Assembly (NCBI GenBank): GCA_041747555.1
Contig: JBGTEY010000013.1
Span: 80,814-144,813 of the forward strand
Direction of reading: 5' to 3'
Length of the DNA stretch: 64,000 nt
Source: Patescibacteria group bacterium
Lineage (GTDB): Bacteria; Patescibacteriota; Microgenomatia; UBA1400; PJMF01
The notes under the pieces were generated by a model. That model had not been told where the DNA came from, searched no databases, and worked only from the letters and a program-made list of their open reading frames with translations. This document shows, piece after piece, positions 38,512-48,660 of this stretch. The translations under genes and the position numbers were made by a program. The first letter of the stretch is position 1. Each line of letters begins with the position of its first letter.

Positions 38512-40136
38512 CTCGAATACAGCTACTATTCTCAAAAATATGGCAACCACGCATTGTCTTCTTAGGAAGCATTTTCATATTCGTACTACTATTAGCAAAA
38601 AATCCACTCTCTGAACGAACGCTTATTCCCAACTTTGAACCATTTCCCGACACGTTTTATTATGTAACCACCGCGCGCTGCACTCTTGCGGGAAAGGGAT
38701 GGACTCTTTGTCGTCCAGAATCAGCGGATGCAGCTGGCATTTCAAGCAGTGTTGCGCCGCTGTATTCAGCTACGCTAATTCCAGGTTTTATACTTTTTAA
38801 TGATCCTCGATTTTTTTATGCTACCAATGTTTTAATCGCTCTAACTAGCCTTGGCATTTTTTATCTTTTGGCTAAGCGAGTCACAATGAATGCTATTTTT
38901 TTAGCGCTACTCCTTGGCCTATATGTCACAAACTTTTACCTCTACTGGTTCCCAACACTTGCAATGGCAGAAAATTTACTACTACTTCTAGCTCTTTCAG
39001 GAGTTTACTTCGCAACGAGCAGGCCCAGCAAAATAAATAGTGGTGCGCTGGCGGTGATTTCGGTTGGTATCGCGCTTACCAAATTCTCAGCCATTATTTA
39101 TGGTGCTGGATTTTTTGGATTGGGATTGATTCAGTATTTTTCAAACGTTGATAAGAAGAGTTTAAAAAAACATATCGTGTTCCTCGTGTTACTCATATCT
39201 ACACTGAGTAGCATTTTTTATACACGACTCATGGGGTTTGCCCTTGTTGCACTCGACCTATTCTCAAATCCTTCCCAGACAAGCTGGTTCTCCTCTTATT
39301 ACTTTCCCCAGAATAGCTTCTTTTATCTGTCAGCAGTCTTTGGGCAAGTCACAACTGTTTTGTGGCACTCATTGCCACTTGTTGATCCGTGGTTGGCAGT
39401 TGGCGCCCTGATTGGTGGTCTCTTGGGCTTTTCAAGAGCTAAAACGAAAACTATCGTTATCTTTAGTGTTTTGCCATTGATCTTTCATGTGCTGTTTATG
39501 TCCTTCTTTTATGTCGCAGATGCAAGATATATTATCTTTGCCATACCACTAGTACTTCTGCTATTTGGCATTTATCTGGAGAGAACTCATGAATTGTTTT
39601 TAAAAAAATCGGGTGAATGGGTTTTTTATGGAATCCTTGGCATAGTGACCGCACTAATACTGGTTTCTATTCTGCCACGAATCAAATCTCAGGTATCGCT
39701 CAACCTTCGATATGCTGAAACACCATGGTGGTACATTGCAGTTAAAGAGATGAATACTTTTTTTGAATTGCAGAAATCAGGTAACACGCATTCGCCAACA
39801 CCTACAGTGATTACACTGATTTCGCCGTACTTTATAGATTTTTATTCCAACCAAACATATTCAGTATTGCCCCTTGATACGCAGCAAGATTTTAGAGGGC
39901 ACAAACATGCTGTCTGGGGTAGTCATGTCAATGATGACCTGCACCAAGTCTACTCGAGCTATCTAGCTGAAGACGAAGACCTGTACATCAGCAACTACGG
40001 AACGGCAGGCTCAACAGCATTTCGAGAGTCGTTTGAGGAAATTGAGAAAGCATTTACACTCACGAAGGTCCAAGAAGGCTGTCACAATCTCTGCAACATC
40101 TACAAGGTATCTGAGAAATCGACGCAAGCTGAGTAG
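38508..40136 (+). CDS. GT-C-like membrane glycosyltransferase
   Basis: First loop EPFPD, AMAEN, TK, DARY; about 11 TM segments plus a soluble C-terminal domain with C..LC. Confidence 0.75.
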   Translation: MTRIQLLFSKIWQPRIVFLGSIFIFVLLLAKNPLSERTLIPNFEPFPDTFYYVTTARCTLAGKGWTLCRPESADAAGISSSVAPLYSATLIPGFILFNDPRFFYATNVLIALTSLGIFYLLAKRVTMNAIFLALLLGLYVTNFYLYWFPTLAMAENLLLLLALSGVYFATSRPSKINSGALAVISVGIALTKFSAIIYGAGFFGLGLIQYFSNVDKKSLKKHIVFLVLLISTLSSIFYTRLMGFALVALDLFSNPSQTSWFSSYYFPQNSFFYLSAVFGQVTTVLWHSLPLVDPWLAVGALIGGLLGFSRAKTKTIVIFSVLPLIFHVLFMSFFYVADARYIIFAIPLVLLLFGIYLERTHELFLKKSGEWVFYGILGIVTALILVSILPRIKSQVSLNLRYAETPWWYIAVKEMNTFFELQKSGNTHSPTPTVITLISPYFIDFYSNQTYSVLPLDTQQDFRGHKHAVWGSHVNDDLHQVYSSYLAEDEDLYISNYGTAGSTAFRESFEEIEKAFTLTKVQEGCHNLCNIYKVSEKSTQAE

Positions 40137-40175
40137 GGCATTTTCATGTAATTTTTGGTATAACTGATCCAGCAC

Positions 40176-43100
40176 ATGGCACTCATACGCACATTTCTCA
40201 CATGGTTGGATAAACACGCACTTTTTATAGTGAGTGTTTTTTTATTGGCATTCATCCCACTCTTTCCTAAAATTCCACTTTTTGACGCGCTCCCAGGTTA
40301 TATAGTACGTGTGAGAATTGAGGATATTTTAGTCTTTTTGACGATGCTGATATGGGTTCGCGAACTATGGCTTGGTCGAATTCAAATGCGGTCGCTCTAT
40401 ATTTGGGGAATTGTTTCGTATATCATCGTTGGATTCATCTCCCTCATTCTTGGAATCTTTTTACTTGAATCTATTCCACTTGAACTGCTGCATATAGGCA
40501 AAAGCGTACTACATTACTTTCGATACATCGAGTATTTTTTACTATTCATAATCGCGTACTCAGCAATTAGAACCCAGCATCAAATCAAAATTGTAATCAC
40601 TGTCTTGTGCATCACTGTCTTTGGAATTGCCCTCTACGGCTATGGTCAACAACACTGGCAACTACCTCTCTATTCAACGATGAACAGAGAATACAGCAAA
40701 GGTGTCGCCCTCTATTTACAGGAATTTGCCCGACCACAATCTACGTTTGCTGGGCCATATGACCTTGGTGCATTTTTGGCTTTTGTGTTGCCATTTTTAT
40801 TTTCATTGCTGATAGTACAACTGCAAGATAAGAAGACACGATTCAAGTACCTAACTGGTTTATTAGCGCTCGCTCAAGCTAGTGGGCTCTGGATGCTCAT
40901 TGCGAGTGGTGCCAAAACAGCACTGGCTGCATACTGCGCTGGAATCGCAGTTGTTGTACTTCTAAAGCTATCGAGTCAAAAATCATACCTAAAACAAACG
41001 CTTTGGGGTGGAGGAGCACTACTTGGTCTTTTGCTCTTAGTGGTTATTATTATCCAGTTTTCTGGTACAACGACCCGTGATTATCTACGCACCCTTTCGG
41101 CTCAAAACCGAGTCACCCACACCGCATATTCACTAGTAGCATTTGAAAGTATAGAATCTGCAATCCCATCTTTAGGGGATCGTCCAAGCGATCTCTATGG
41201 TGCAGGGCATGAAATTAAGCGTGTAGCAACTGAATCTGCAGATGGTGTTGCGGGGTATATTGATGTGCCAACCAAAAGCATTTGGTCTGACAATGCGCTG
41301 AAATACGGCATATCCATGGGAATTCGACTTGATACGTTGTGGCCAAATGCTATCAAGGGCTTTTTCGCTAATCCACTAACAGGAAAAGGTTACGGAACGC
41401 TTGCCAAAACCGAGTCACAACAATTTACAGAGGCAGACAGTACAGACAATAACTACCTTAGGGTGCTGGGGGAGACTGGATTACTTGGATTTATTGCTTT
41501 TTTTGGGTCTATTTTTATTTTGCTTCGCCAACTCTTTCATACCAAAGCGTCTACAAATGCACTCCAGTCTGCCTTGTCAATTGGTCTGGCTGCTGGAGTA
41601 TCTGCAATGCTCATCAATGCACTGTACATTGACGTCTTTGCTGCCTCCAAAGTAGCCTTTACCTTTTGGGGACTTGCGGGATTTGTAGTCGCCACGAATC
41701 AATTGCTGCAATCCAGTAATTTACAGTCAAAAAAGCCATCTGAGTCACTCAAGCACAATGACAATTTCCTACATTCAACATTTGAAAAAAATATATTTGG
41801 CAGTATCAAAGATCACATCACCCGCCACAGCAGCGTTTACCTTGCCCTTTTAATCCTTTTTTTCATGATGCACCAAAATCCTTTTGCAGATAATACTCTT
41901 CTTAAAAATATTGGTGATACGCCCAGCGCAGTCGAAGAAGTAGTTGCTGCTCGCTGTTATTTAGCTGGACTGGACATGACTATCTGCAACACGCAAACGG
42001 GAATATTATTAAAATCTCATCATTCTATCTACAGTTATCTTTTGGTTCCATTTTTATCTGTCGCCAAAGTGCCCACTGCATTTTATTTTGCTAACGCAAC
42101 AATTCTTGTTATTTCACTCCTAATTACCTACGGGTTGGTGCAAGTAAGTCTCGTGAAATGGCCAAAAAATCGCACACTACGAATGCTCATTGGTTTGGGA
42201 ACAACACTTTTGCTAATCAGATTCTTATCAAATTCGGAACAACCATTCACCACTACCGAAACTATTATTTTCTTGCTCGGTATCCCAATTGTTGCCATAG
42301 CAATGAGCATAAGCACAAGCGTACTCACATCTAAAACAAGTACTGCCGTTCGAAATGGCTTTTTGGTGTTTGCAACTCTGTCCTTACTAGCGAGTGCTCC
42401 ATTAAGTTCACTGTCAACTCGCTTTAGAAATGATCAAATCCCGCACAAGTATAAGGCAATTGAAAGAATTAACCTCAGCTTTGATGAAAATTTTGTAGTT
42501 CAAAACCAGTCTAAGCCATATGTTATTACGACACTCAATCCGTATTACATAGATTTATATAATACTGGGGGCACATATCTACCGCTACCACTCACCCGTT
42601 TTCAGAGTTATTTTGATCATGCCAGTGCCGCATGGGGTGACAGTGATTACAATGACCTCATGGGAACTTACTCAGATGTTTTAGAAACTGAACACCGTCT
42701 CTTCATTTCTGACTATGGACTGGACAGTGATCCAGCCAATCAAGCAGCATTCGATCAAATTGCAAACGATTATTCTCTTCGATTTCATGCTATCGACTGC
42801 GATGAGCGCTGCAATCTATACAGTATCACCCCTAAAACTGCCCAGATTTCTCCACAGCCCCAATCAATCAATCCCTACATACTTAATCTCAATCAACTGA
42901 GCTCAAATGAAAATGGATATGAATTTCGTATTTTTAGCAACCGATATAATTCAGATCTGCCCTCTATAAAGCATAACACTAGAACATACGCACAGCGCGT
43001 AGCTGAAGCTTCATCCCAACCTTCACAATTTAGTATTGTAACCGGTGATACTGGCGTTAGGGGTGATGGGGGACAGTGGGAGTATTTCCTACAACTTACC

Positions 43101-43664
43101 GAAGCAACGCATAACTACCCACTACTATATAGTCCAGGAAATTTTGATGTTATTCCCAGAAAATATGCGAGTACAACAACTCAGATTTTTTATACAGAAA
43201 GAGATTTTTTCATTCTTGCACCAGTTAAAAATAACTCAACTATTGATCCAGTCGACCAGCTGGATATTTACAATGCGCTACTAAGTATTGAAAGCATGCC
43301 AGAAATTAAAAATGTGTTCTTAATTGCCCATGATCTTGATTGGCAAAGTAATTCTTCGGACCAGAACTTTTTACCAAGGTTAGAAAATAGAATTAATCGA
43401 CTTACAGACAAAAAAGTCTACATTTTTACTAGCGACCACACGCCACAAACTGCCAAGCCTAATCAACAATACGAGCAGTTAATCAAGAATGCTCCTGTCC
43501 ACATCGAGTATAATGCCAGTCTTATTTCTGGTACTCAAAATGACATATATCTTGAAATCAAGGTTGACCAAACTGGCGCAGTGCTCATCTCTCCACAGTC
43601 GCTACCACTTCTCAGTGAGCAAATTGAGCTCCTCAACTCCACTGTCCAGGACACGTCAGAATGA
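40176..43664 (+). CDS. Multidomain fusion: O-antigen ligase (Wzy_C)-like + truncated GT-C-like + degenerate metallophosphoesterase-like domain
   Basis: aa 1-510 match 53652..55334; aa about 550-890 match 38508..40136; the C-terminus has TGD, PGNFD, IAH, SDH motifs. Confidence 0.8.
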   Translation: MALIRTFLTWLDKHALFIVSVFLLAFIPLFPKIPLFDALPGYIVRVRIEDILVFLTMLIWVRELWLGRIQMRSLYIWGIVSYIIVGFISLILGIFLLESIPLELLHIGKSVLHYFRYIEYFLLFIIAYSAIRTQHQIKIVITVLCITVFGIALYGYGQQHWQLPLYSTMNREYSKGVALYLQEFARPQSTFAGPYDLGAFLAFVLPFLFSLLIVQLQDKKTRFKYLTGLLALAQASGLWMLIASGAKTALAAYCAGIAVVVLLKLSSQKSYLKQTLWGGGALLGLLLLVVIIIQFSGTTTRDYLRTLSAQNRVTHTAYSLVAFESIESAIPSLGDRPSDLYGAGHEIKRVATESADGVAGYIDVPTKSIWSDNALKYGISMGIRLDTLWPNAIKGFFANPLTGKGYGTLAKTESQQFTEADSTDNNYLRVLGETGLLGFIAFFGSIFILLRQLFHTKASTNALQSALSIGLAAGVSAMLINALYIDVFAASKVAFTFWGLAGFVVATNQLLQSSNLQSKKPSESLKHNDNFLHSTFEKNIFGSIKDHITRHSSVYLALLILFFMMHQNPFADNTLLKNIGDTPSAVEEVVAARCYLAGLDMTICNTQTGILLKSHHSIYSYLLVPFLSVAKVPTAFYFANATILVISLLITYGLVQVSLVKWPKNRTLRMLIGLGTTLLLIRFLSNSEQPFTTTETIIFLLGIPIVAIAMSISTSVLTSKTSTAVRNGFLVFATLSLLASAPLSSLSTRFRNDQIPHKYKAIERINLSFDENFVVQNQSKPYVITTLNPYYIDLYNTGGTYLPLPLTRFQSYFDHASAAWGDSDYNDLMGTYSDVLETEHRLFISDYGLDSDPANQAAFDQIANDYSLRFHAIDCDERCNLYSITPKTAQISPQPQSINPYILNLNQLSSNENGYEFRIFSNRYNSDLPSIKHNTRTYAQRVAEASSQPSQFSIVTGDTGVRGDGGQWEYFLQLTEATHNYPLLYSPGNFDVIPRKYASTTTQIFYTERDFFILAPVKNNSTIDPVDQLDIYNALLSIESMPEIKNVFLIAHDLDWQSNSSDQNFLPRLENRINRLTDKKVYIFTSDHTPQTAKPNQQYEQLIKNAPVHIEYNASLISGTQNDIYLEIKVDQTGAVLISPQSLPLLSEQIELLNSTVQDTSE

Positions 43665-44956
43665 AGGAAGCTCTCAGCACAATCTCCAAGCATACCACTC
43701 AGTCTACATCTGGTCTCACACAATCCATTATTAGCGTCGCTGGAAATGGCGCATCAATGACTGTTTCAGCTGTTGCAATGCTTCTACTATCTCGCTCACT
43801 GGGGCCAATTGATTTTGGAGTGTTTAGTGTTGGATTCGCCCTCGTGCTTATTCTCAATAAAATAAATGACTTAGGACTCACACTTGCGCAACTTAAATTC
43901 ATTCCACGGATGTCCTCGGCTCAAGATCAAAATGAAGTTTTTTCATATGTAATCAAGCTCAAACTATCAGTCACTGTGGCAATTGCCATACTCGGTACGC
44001 TGTTCACACCTACACTGAGCGGACTCCTTGATTTTCCTCACACCAACATACTGTACCTTGCCTTCTGGCTTAATGGACTTACCGTTCTATTTGAACAATT
44101 GATGGTGATGCTGCAGGCACTCCATCGATTCACCGCAGCTGCAATCTCAGGTGTCATTCAAGCGAGTGGAAAATTTATTACAGCAATTTTAGTTGTATTA
44201 TTTTTTCCTAAAAATATTCTACTAGCATTTATTACCTATGTTTCTGCACCAATTTTGCCCGTTTTATTCTTAAAGTACTTACTCCCAAAGACGGTTATCT
44301 TGACTCGAAATTCTAAAAAAACTACAGATCATAAAAAAATCATTTCTATGGCAGGTCATTCTGCGGTTGGTTTTATGGCGTTGGGTATCATTGAGAATAT
44401 CGATATTTTATTTGTTCAGCGTTACCTTAATGATTTTGAGACGGGACTATTGGGGGGAGCAGGGAAAATTGCGATGTTATTCTCACTCTCTGCGTTTGCT
44501 CTTTCTACGGTACTGAACGCGAGGGCGGCTCGATATCATAAAAAATCCGACCTCAGAAACTTTATCCGAAAAGGCATACTTCTCGCGTTAGCGACTTCTA
44601 TTGGCTATGCCATACTGGCACCGCTGTCTGGATTACTGATCACACTGTCTATCGGACCAGAATATGCTGCCGCACAAACTTTGTTGAAAATTTTATTAGG
44701 TGCTTCTTTTCTGACTATCATCACAACACCGTTCACGGCAATTTTCTTTTCATTCAAGGGGGCAGAGTGGTACTTTTCGGCTGGAGGCGTACTACAGTTG
44801 CTATTAATAGTCATTGGAAATGCAGTGCTTGTTCCACAATTTGGATTATTAGCATCTGCATGGACCCGAGTAGCAACAAAGGCACTGTACTTGCTCTTCA
44901 CCCTAGTGGTGGCTACGTATTACGTTCGTTCCATACATTCTGAAAAAACTGAGTAG
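43661..44956 (+). CDS. Wzx-like oligosaccharide flippase
   Basis: About 12 TM segments; RSLGPIDFG, DLG, NIDILFV, GPEY. Confidence 0.82.
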   Translation: MKEALSTISKHTTQSTSGLTQSIISVAGNGASMTVSAVAMLLLSRSLGPIDFGVFSVGFALVLILNKINDLGLTLAQLKFIPRMSSAQDQNEVFSYVIKLKLSVTVAIAILGTLFTPTLSGLLDFPHTNILYLAFWLNGLTVLFEQLMVMLQALHRFTAAAISGVIQASGKFITAILVVLFFPKNILLAFITYVSAPILPVLFLKYLLPKTVILTRNSKKTTDHKKIISMAGHSAVGFMALGIIENIDILFVQRYLNDFETGLLGGAGKIAMLFSLSAFALSTVLNARAARYHKKSDLRNFIRKGILLALATSIGYAILAPLSGLLITLSIGPEYAAAQTLLKILLGASFLTIITTPFTAIFFSFKGAEWYFSAGGVLQLLLIVIGNAVLVPQFGLLASAWTRVATKALYLLFTLVVATYYVRSIHSEKTE

Positions 44957-45908
44957 TTTTCTCAATTCCTGACTCGAAACTGGTTGTAGGCTGCCATGAC
45001 AGAAGCGCATTTGCTCGAGAAATATCGGGACATCGACGAGTGGGATCATCTTGTGGTAAATCTTTAAATACAAAATTTGGTTTCACCCCAAAAGCTGCTG
45101 CAATTCGTTCTGCGGCATCGAGCACCGTTCGCTCTTCTGGATTACCCAAATTAATAGTTTCACCCTTAAGACCATCTGCAAGTGCGAATGTAATAATGCC
45201 TCTTACTAAGTCATCAACATAACAAAATGATCTTGTTTGGGAACCATCGCCGTACATTTCAATTGGCTTGCCTTCTAAAATCTTTAGCGCAACATTGGGG
45301 ATTATTCGCCCATCATAAAGATCCATTCGAGGACCATATGTATTAAAAATCCTCACCAATCGAGTATCTAAACCATATTCTCTATGAAAAACACCACATA
45401 CAGCCTCACCAAATCGCTTTGATTCGTCATAGCAGGAGCGAACACCATTAGGATTGACATTTCCCCAATAGTGTTCGGTTTGGGGATGTTGGAGGGGATC
45501 ACCATATATTTCTGATGTACTGGCAAATAATAAAATTCCAGAAGGGTTATTTTTCAGCAAATACTCTGCCAGATGATGCGTACCAAATGCATTCACCGAA
45601 TATGTCTCGACAGGATATTTTGAATAGACTGGGGGACTAGCGGGGGATGCAAAATGCAAAATAATGTCAGGTATCCAATTAGCGGGGACGTATTTATCTG
45701 GAGCTTGAGAAGCATCTGCTTCAATAAATGTAAATTCATCCTGATATGTATCTTCAAGATGTGAAATATTGCTTCGTGAACCTGAAATTAACGAGTCCAC
45801 ACCGAGCACGTCGTGACCTTGGGCCAGCAATTGTTCGACTAAATGTGAGCCAATAAATCCTGCTGCACCAGTAATGAGCACGCGTTTGGATGTGGAGTTT
45901 TCAATCAT
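44913..45908 (-). CDS. UDP-glucuronate decarboxylase (UDP-xylose synthase)-like SDR
   Basis: ITGAAGFIGSH, ASPASP, ASTSEIYGDP, YWGNVNP.G.RSCYDESKR, RIFNTYGPRM, DDP.RR.PDI. Start set to 45908 (MIENS). Confidence 0.9.
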   Translation of the reverse strand: MIENSTSKRVLITGAAGFIGSHLVEQLLAQGHDVLGVDSLISGSRSNISHLEDTYQDEFTFIEADASQAPDKYVPANWIPDIILHFASPASPPVYSKYPVETYSVNAFGTHHLAEYLLKNNPSGILLFASTSEIYGDPLQHPQTEHYWGNVNPNGVRSCYDESKRFGEAVCGVFHREYGLDTRLVRIFNTYGPRMDLYDGRIIPNVALKILEGKPIEMYGDGSQTRSFCYVDDLVRGIITFALADGLKGETINLGNPEERTVLDAAERIAAAFGVKPNFVFKDLPQDDPTRRCPDISRANALLSWQPTTSFESGIEKTTQFFQNVWNERNT

Positions 45909-45918
45909 ATAGTGACTC

Positions 45919-45940
45919 ATTGTAACAAATGTCATACTAT
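45919..45940. promoter_or_regulatory. Back-to-back divergent -10 elements
   Basis: Minus strand TGTTACAAT (extended -10, hexamer 45924-45919) is 10 nt from ATG 45908; plus strand TACTAT 45935-45940 is 6 nt from ATG 45947. Confidence 0.5.
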
Positions 45941-45946
45941 AGAGCT

Positions 45947-47497
45947 ATGTGGACAAGCATTAAAGAACACTACCGTGAAATTGTGATCGTGCTGATTGGC
46001 CTCTTGCTGAGACTTCCATACCTCAACGGTTCATTTTGGCTCGACGAAGCAGCTCAGGCTATTGAAAGCTCTCGACCTCTTTCTCAACAACTCAATATAA
46101 GTTTTGATTTTCAGCCTCCACTACTTCACTTGATGACGCATTTTGCCCTGTATGGCGGATCTTCTGAGTGGTGGCTTAGGACAGTTGGAGCACTGATACC
46201 GGGATTGATTACCATCTGGTTTACCATGAAACTAGGTAAAAAACTTGCCAACCAACACATTGGGCTCATTGCCGGACTACTCCTTGCAACAAATCCATTT
46301 CATATTTTTTACTCACAGGAACTACGACCATATGCACTCGCGGGGATGTTTGGAACCGTTAGCTGGTGGTATCTCCTAAAGTGGTTTGACGCTGCTCAGG
46401 ATCAGTCAAAAAACAGATCTCAGCTAACCTACATAATTCTAACGCTTCTTGGTTTATACAGTACCTATCTGTACCCATTCTTGATATTTGCTCAAATACT
46501 TCTCGTTCTTGTTCGATTTAGAAAAAATATCTGGGAGTATATTGCTGGCATAGCAACTGTCTGCGTTGGTTTTATACCAATTGCTCCACTTTTCTTTTCT
46601 CAACTTTCTGTTGGAACATCATTACGATCACAACTTCCTGGTTGGGAGAGTGTAGTCAGTCTATCGCAGGCCACCTCAATCCCTCTCACTCTCGGAAAAT
46701 TTCTTTTTGGCCTTATGGACCTAGATATCAGCCTTGCATTTATCACGCCTGTGGTAATGCTTTTAACTGCGCTTACATACTTGCTAATATCTCAATCGAC
46801 TCGCGATAAATACACGGAAAATTCAACTACTAAATTCTTATTACTCTGGCTGCTTGCACCTATCATACTGAGTTGGATTGTGTCGTTTTGGGTGCCCGTG
46901 GTCAGACCAAAACGGCTCCTGTTCCTTTTACCTGCTTGGCTTCTTTTGGCTTCAAGCCTGGCAGTTCCTCTGTATCAGAAGTACATCGGAGTCCTTTTAC
47001 CAAAATCCTCCAAGGATGAGGAACTCTACAAACGCACTCACTTTGCGGCAGCATGGATTGTGATGGCAGTTCTCATTGGCGCCCAGCTCGTGGGACTTAT
47101 GAATCATTTTACAAACCCACTCATACGAAGAGAGGACTGGAGGGGAGCTTATCAAACAATCACAGCTACGTATCCAGCTGAGAATAGTGTCGCACTTTTT
47201 TCTTTCACCGAACCATTTGCACCATGGAATTGGTATGACACGCTCAACTACCCAGCACTCAGCACGGGTGGATATTCAGTTGAGCAGATACCCGATTTAG
47301 AAACGCGTTTAAAAGGAGTAATTGAGTACGAGCACATTCTCGTCTTCGATTACCTAAGAGACCTAACCGACCCTAATAATCGAATTGATCGACTTCTCCA
47401 AGAGCTTGGGTACGAAGAACGAACAACACTTGATTTTAAACAGATTGGATTTGTGCGGGTGTATACTCGAGATTCGACCGTGATTGGTAGTAAGTAA
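45947..47497 (+). CDS. GT-C membrane glycosyltransferase (GT39/PMT_2-like)
   Basis: SFWLDEA, QPPL, SEWWLR, YSQELRPYAL, REDWR. Confidence 0.85.
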   Translation: MWTSIKEHYREIVIVLIGLLLRLPYLNGSFWLDEAAQAIESSRPLSQQLNISFDFQPPLLHLMTHFALYGGSSEWWLRTVGALIPGLITIWFTMKLGKKLANQHIGLIAGLLLATNPFHIFYSQELRPYALAGMFGTVSWWYLLKWFDAAQDQSKNRSQLTYIILTLLGLYSTYLYPFLIFAQILLVLVRFRKNIWEYIAGIATVCVGFIPIAPLFFSQLSVGTSLRSQLPGWESVVSLSQATSIPLTLGKFLFGLMDLDISLAFITPVVMLLTALTYLLISQSTRDKYTENSTTKFLLLWLLAPIILSWIVSFWVPVVRPKRLLFLLPAWLLLASSLAVPLYQKYIGVLLPKSSKDEELYKRTHFAAAWIVMAVLIGAQLVGLMNHFTNPLIRREDWRGAYQTITATYPAENSVALFSFTEPFAPWNWYDTLNYPALSTGGYSVEQIPDLETRLKGVIEYEHILVFDYLRDLTDPNNRIDRLLQELGYEERTTLDFKQIGFVRVYTRDSTVIGSK

Positions 47498-47529
47498 ATA
47501 TTTCTCAAAGAGAAGATAGCAAGTAAAGT

Positions 47530-48660
47530 ATGCGAGTAGGAATTGACATATCATCCATTGTATTTGGACGCGGTGTATCTCGTTACACAACCAATCTAAC
47601 ACAGAGCTTAATTGATCATGGTGTTCCAGTCTCATTATATGGATCAAGTTTACGACAGCGTGCTGCAATCCAGCAATTTGGTCAAGAAATGAAAACGATA
47701 GCCCCTCAAACTCAAATCGTAACTACGTCCTTCCCACCAGTTGTTCTTGAAAAAATGTGGAAGTATCTTCACTGGCCAAAAATTGACCAACTATTACCCG
47801 AAATAGATCTCTTTCACTCATGGGATTGGCTACAACCCCCAACTGAGCGTGTTCCAATTGTGTCGACAGTCCACGATGTAGCCATTCTAAAATTTCCACA
47901 GACAGCTCACCCAAAAATAGTAAGCATGCATCGTGATTCTTGGCGCATTCTTAAGGACCGGCAGGCTCATCTCATAGCAGTCAGCAGAACTACTAAAAAT
48001 GACTTAGTAAACTTTCTCGATTATCCTCAATATCTGATTCACGTTGTTCATGAAGCACTCCCTAGAGAAGTTGTCGCAGTTTCAATGAATATGAGCGAAG
48101 AACGCTTTGAACAAATAAAGCAATCTCTTAATCGCCAAAAACCATTTTTACTCTTTGTTGGAACCCAGGAGCCAAGAAAGAATCTAGATAGGCTGATTCA
48201 AGCATGGCAGCCTCTTCATAAAGATATCGATCTGCTATTGGTTGGGGCTGAGGGGTGGGGTGACACGCTTATTAGTACCGGTCCACAGCCAGAAATGTTA
48301 GGGAGAGTTTCTGATGAAGTTCTTTCTGTGTTATATGCCGAAGCCACACTTTTTGTATATCCATCGCTCTATGAAGGATTTGGATTGCCAATTCTTGAAA
48401 GCTTTTTCCACGGAACACCGGTATTGACGAGTGATAACTCAGGTATGAGAGAAGTAGCAGGCAATGCAGCAGAGCTCGTTAATCCTGAATCAGTTGAAGA
48501 AATACGCGCCGGAATTAGTAAACTACTCAATGAAGACATTGAGGCCCAACGAAAGCGCTTGCAGCGGATGATGATACGACTCCAAATGTTCACCTGGGAA
48601 AAAGTCGCACGAGAAACCGTCGCTGTGTACAAACAAGCTATTCAGGAGCAAAATGGCTAA
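47530..48660 (+). CDS. GT4 glycosyltransferase (MtfB-like)
   Basis: GVSRY, TVHD, VGTQEPRKN, YEGFGLPILE. Confidence 0.92.
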   Translation: MRVGIDISSIVFGRGVSRYTTNLTQSLIDHGVPVSLYGSSLRQRAAIQQFGQEMKTIAPQTQIVTTSFPPVVLEKMWKYLHWPKIDQLLPEIDLFHSWDWLQPPTERVPIVSTVHDVAILKFPQTAHPKIVSMHRDSWRILKDRQAHLIAVSRTTKNDLVNFLDYPQYLIHVVHEALPREVVAVSMNMSEERFEQIKQSLNRQKPFLLFVGTQEPRKNLDRLIQAWQPLHKDIDLLLVGAEGWGDTLISTGPQPEMLGRVSDEVLSVLYAEATLFVYPSLYEGFGLPILESFFHGTPVLTSDNSGMREVAGNAAELVNPESVEEIRAGISKLLNEDIEAQRKRLQRMMIRLQMFTWEKVARETVAVYKQAIQEQNG

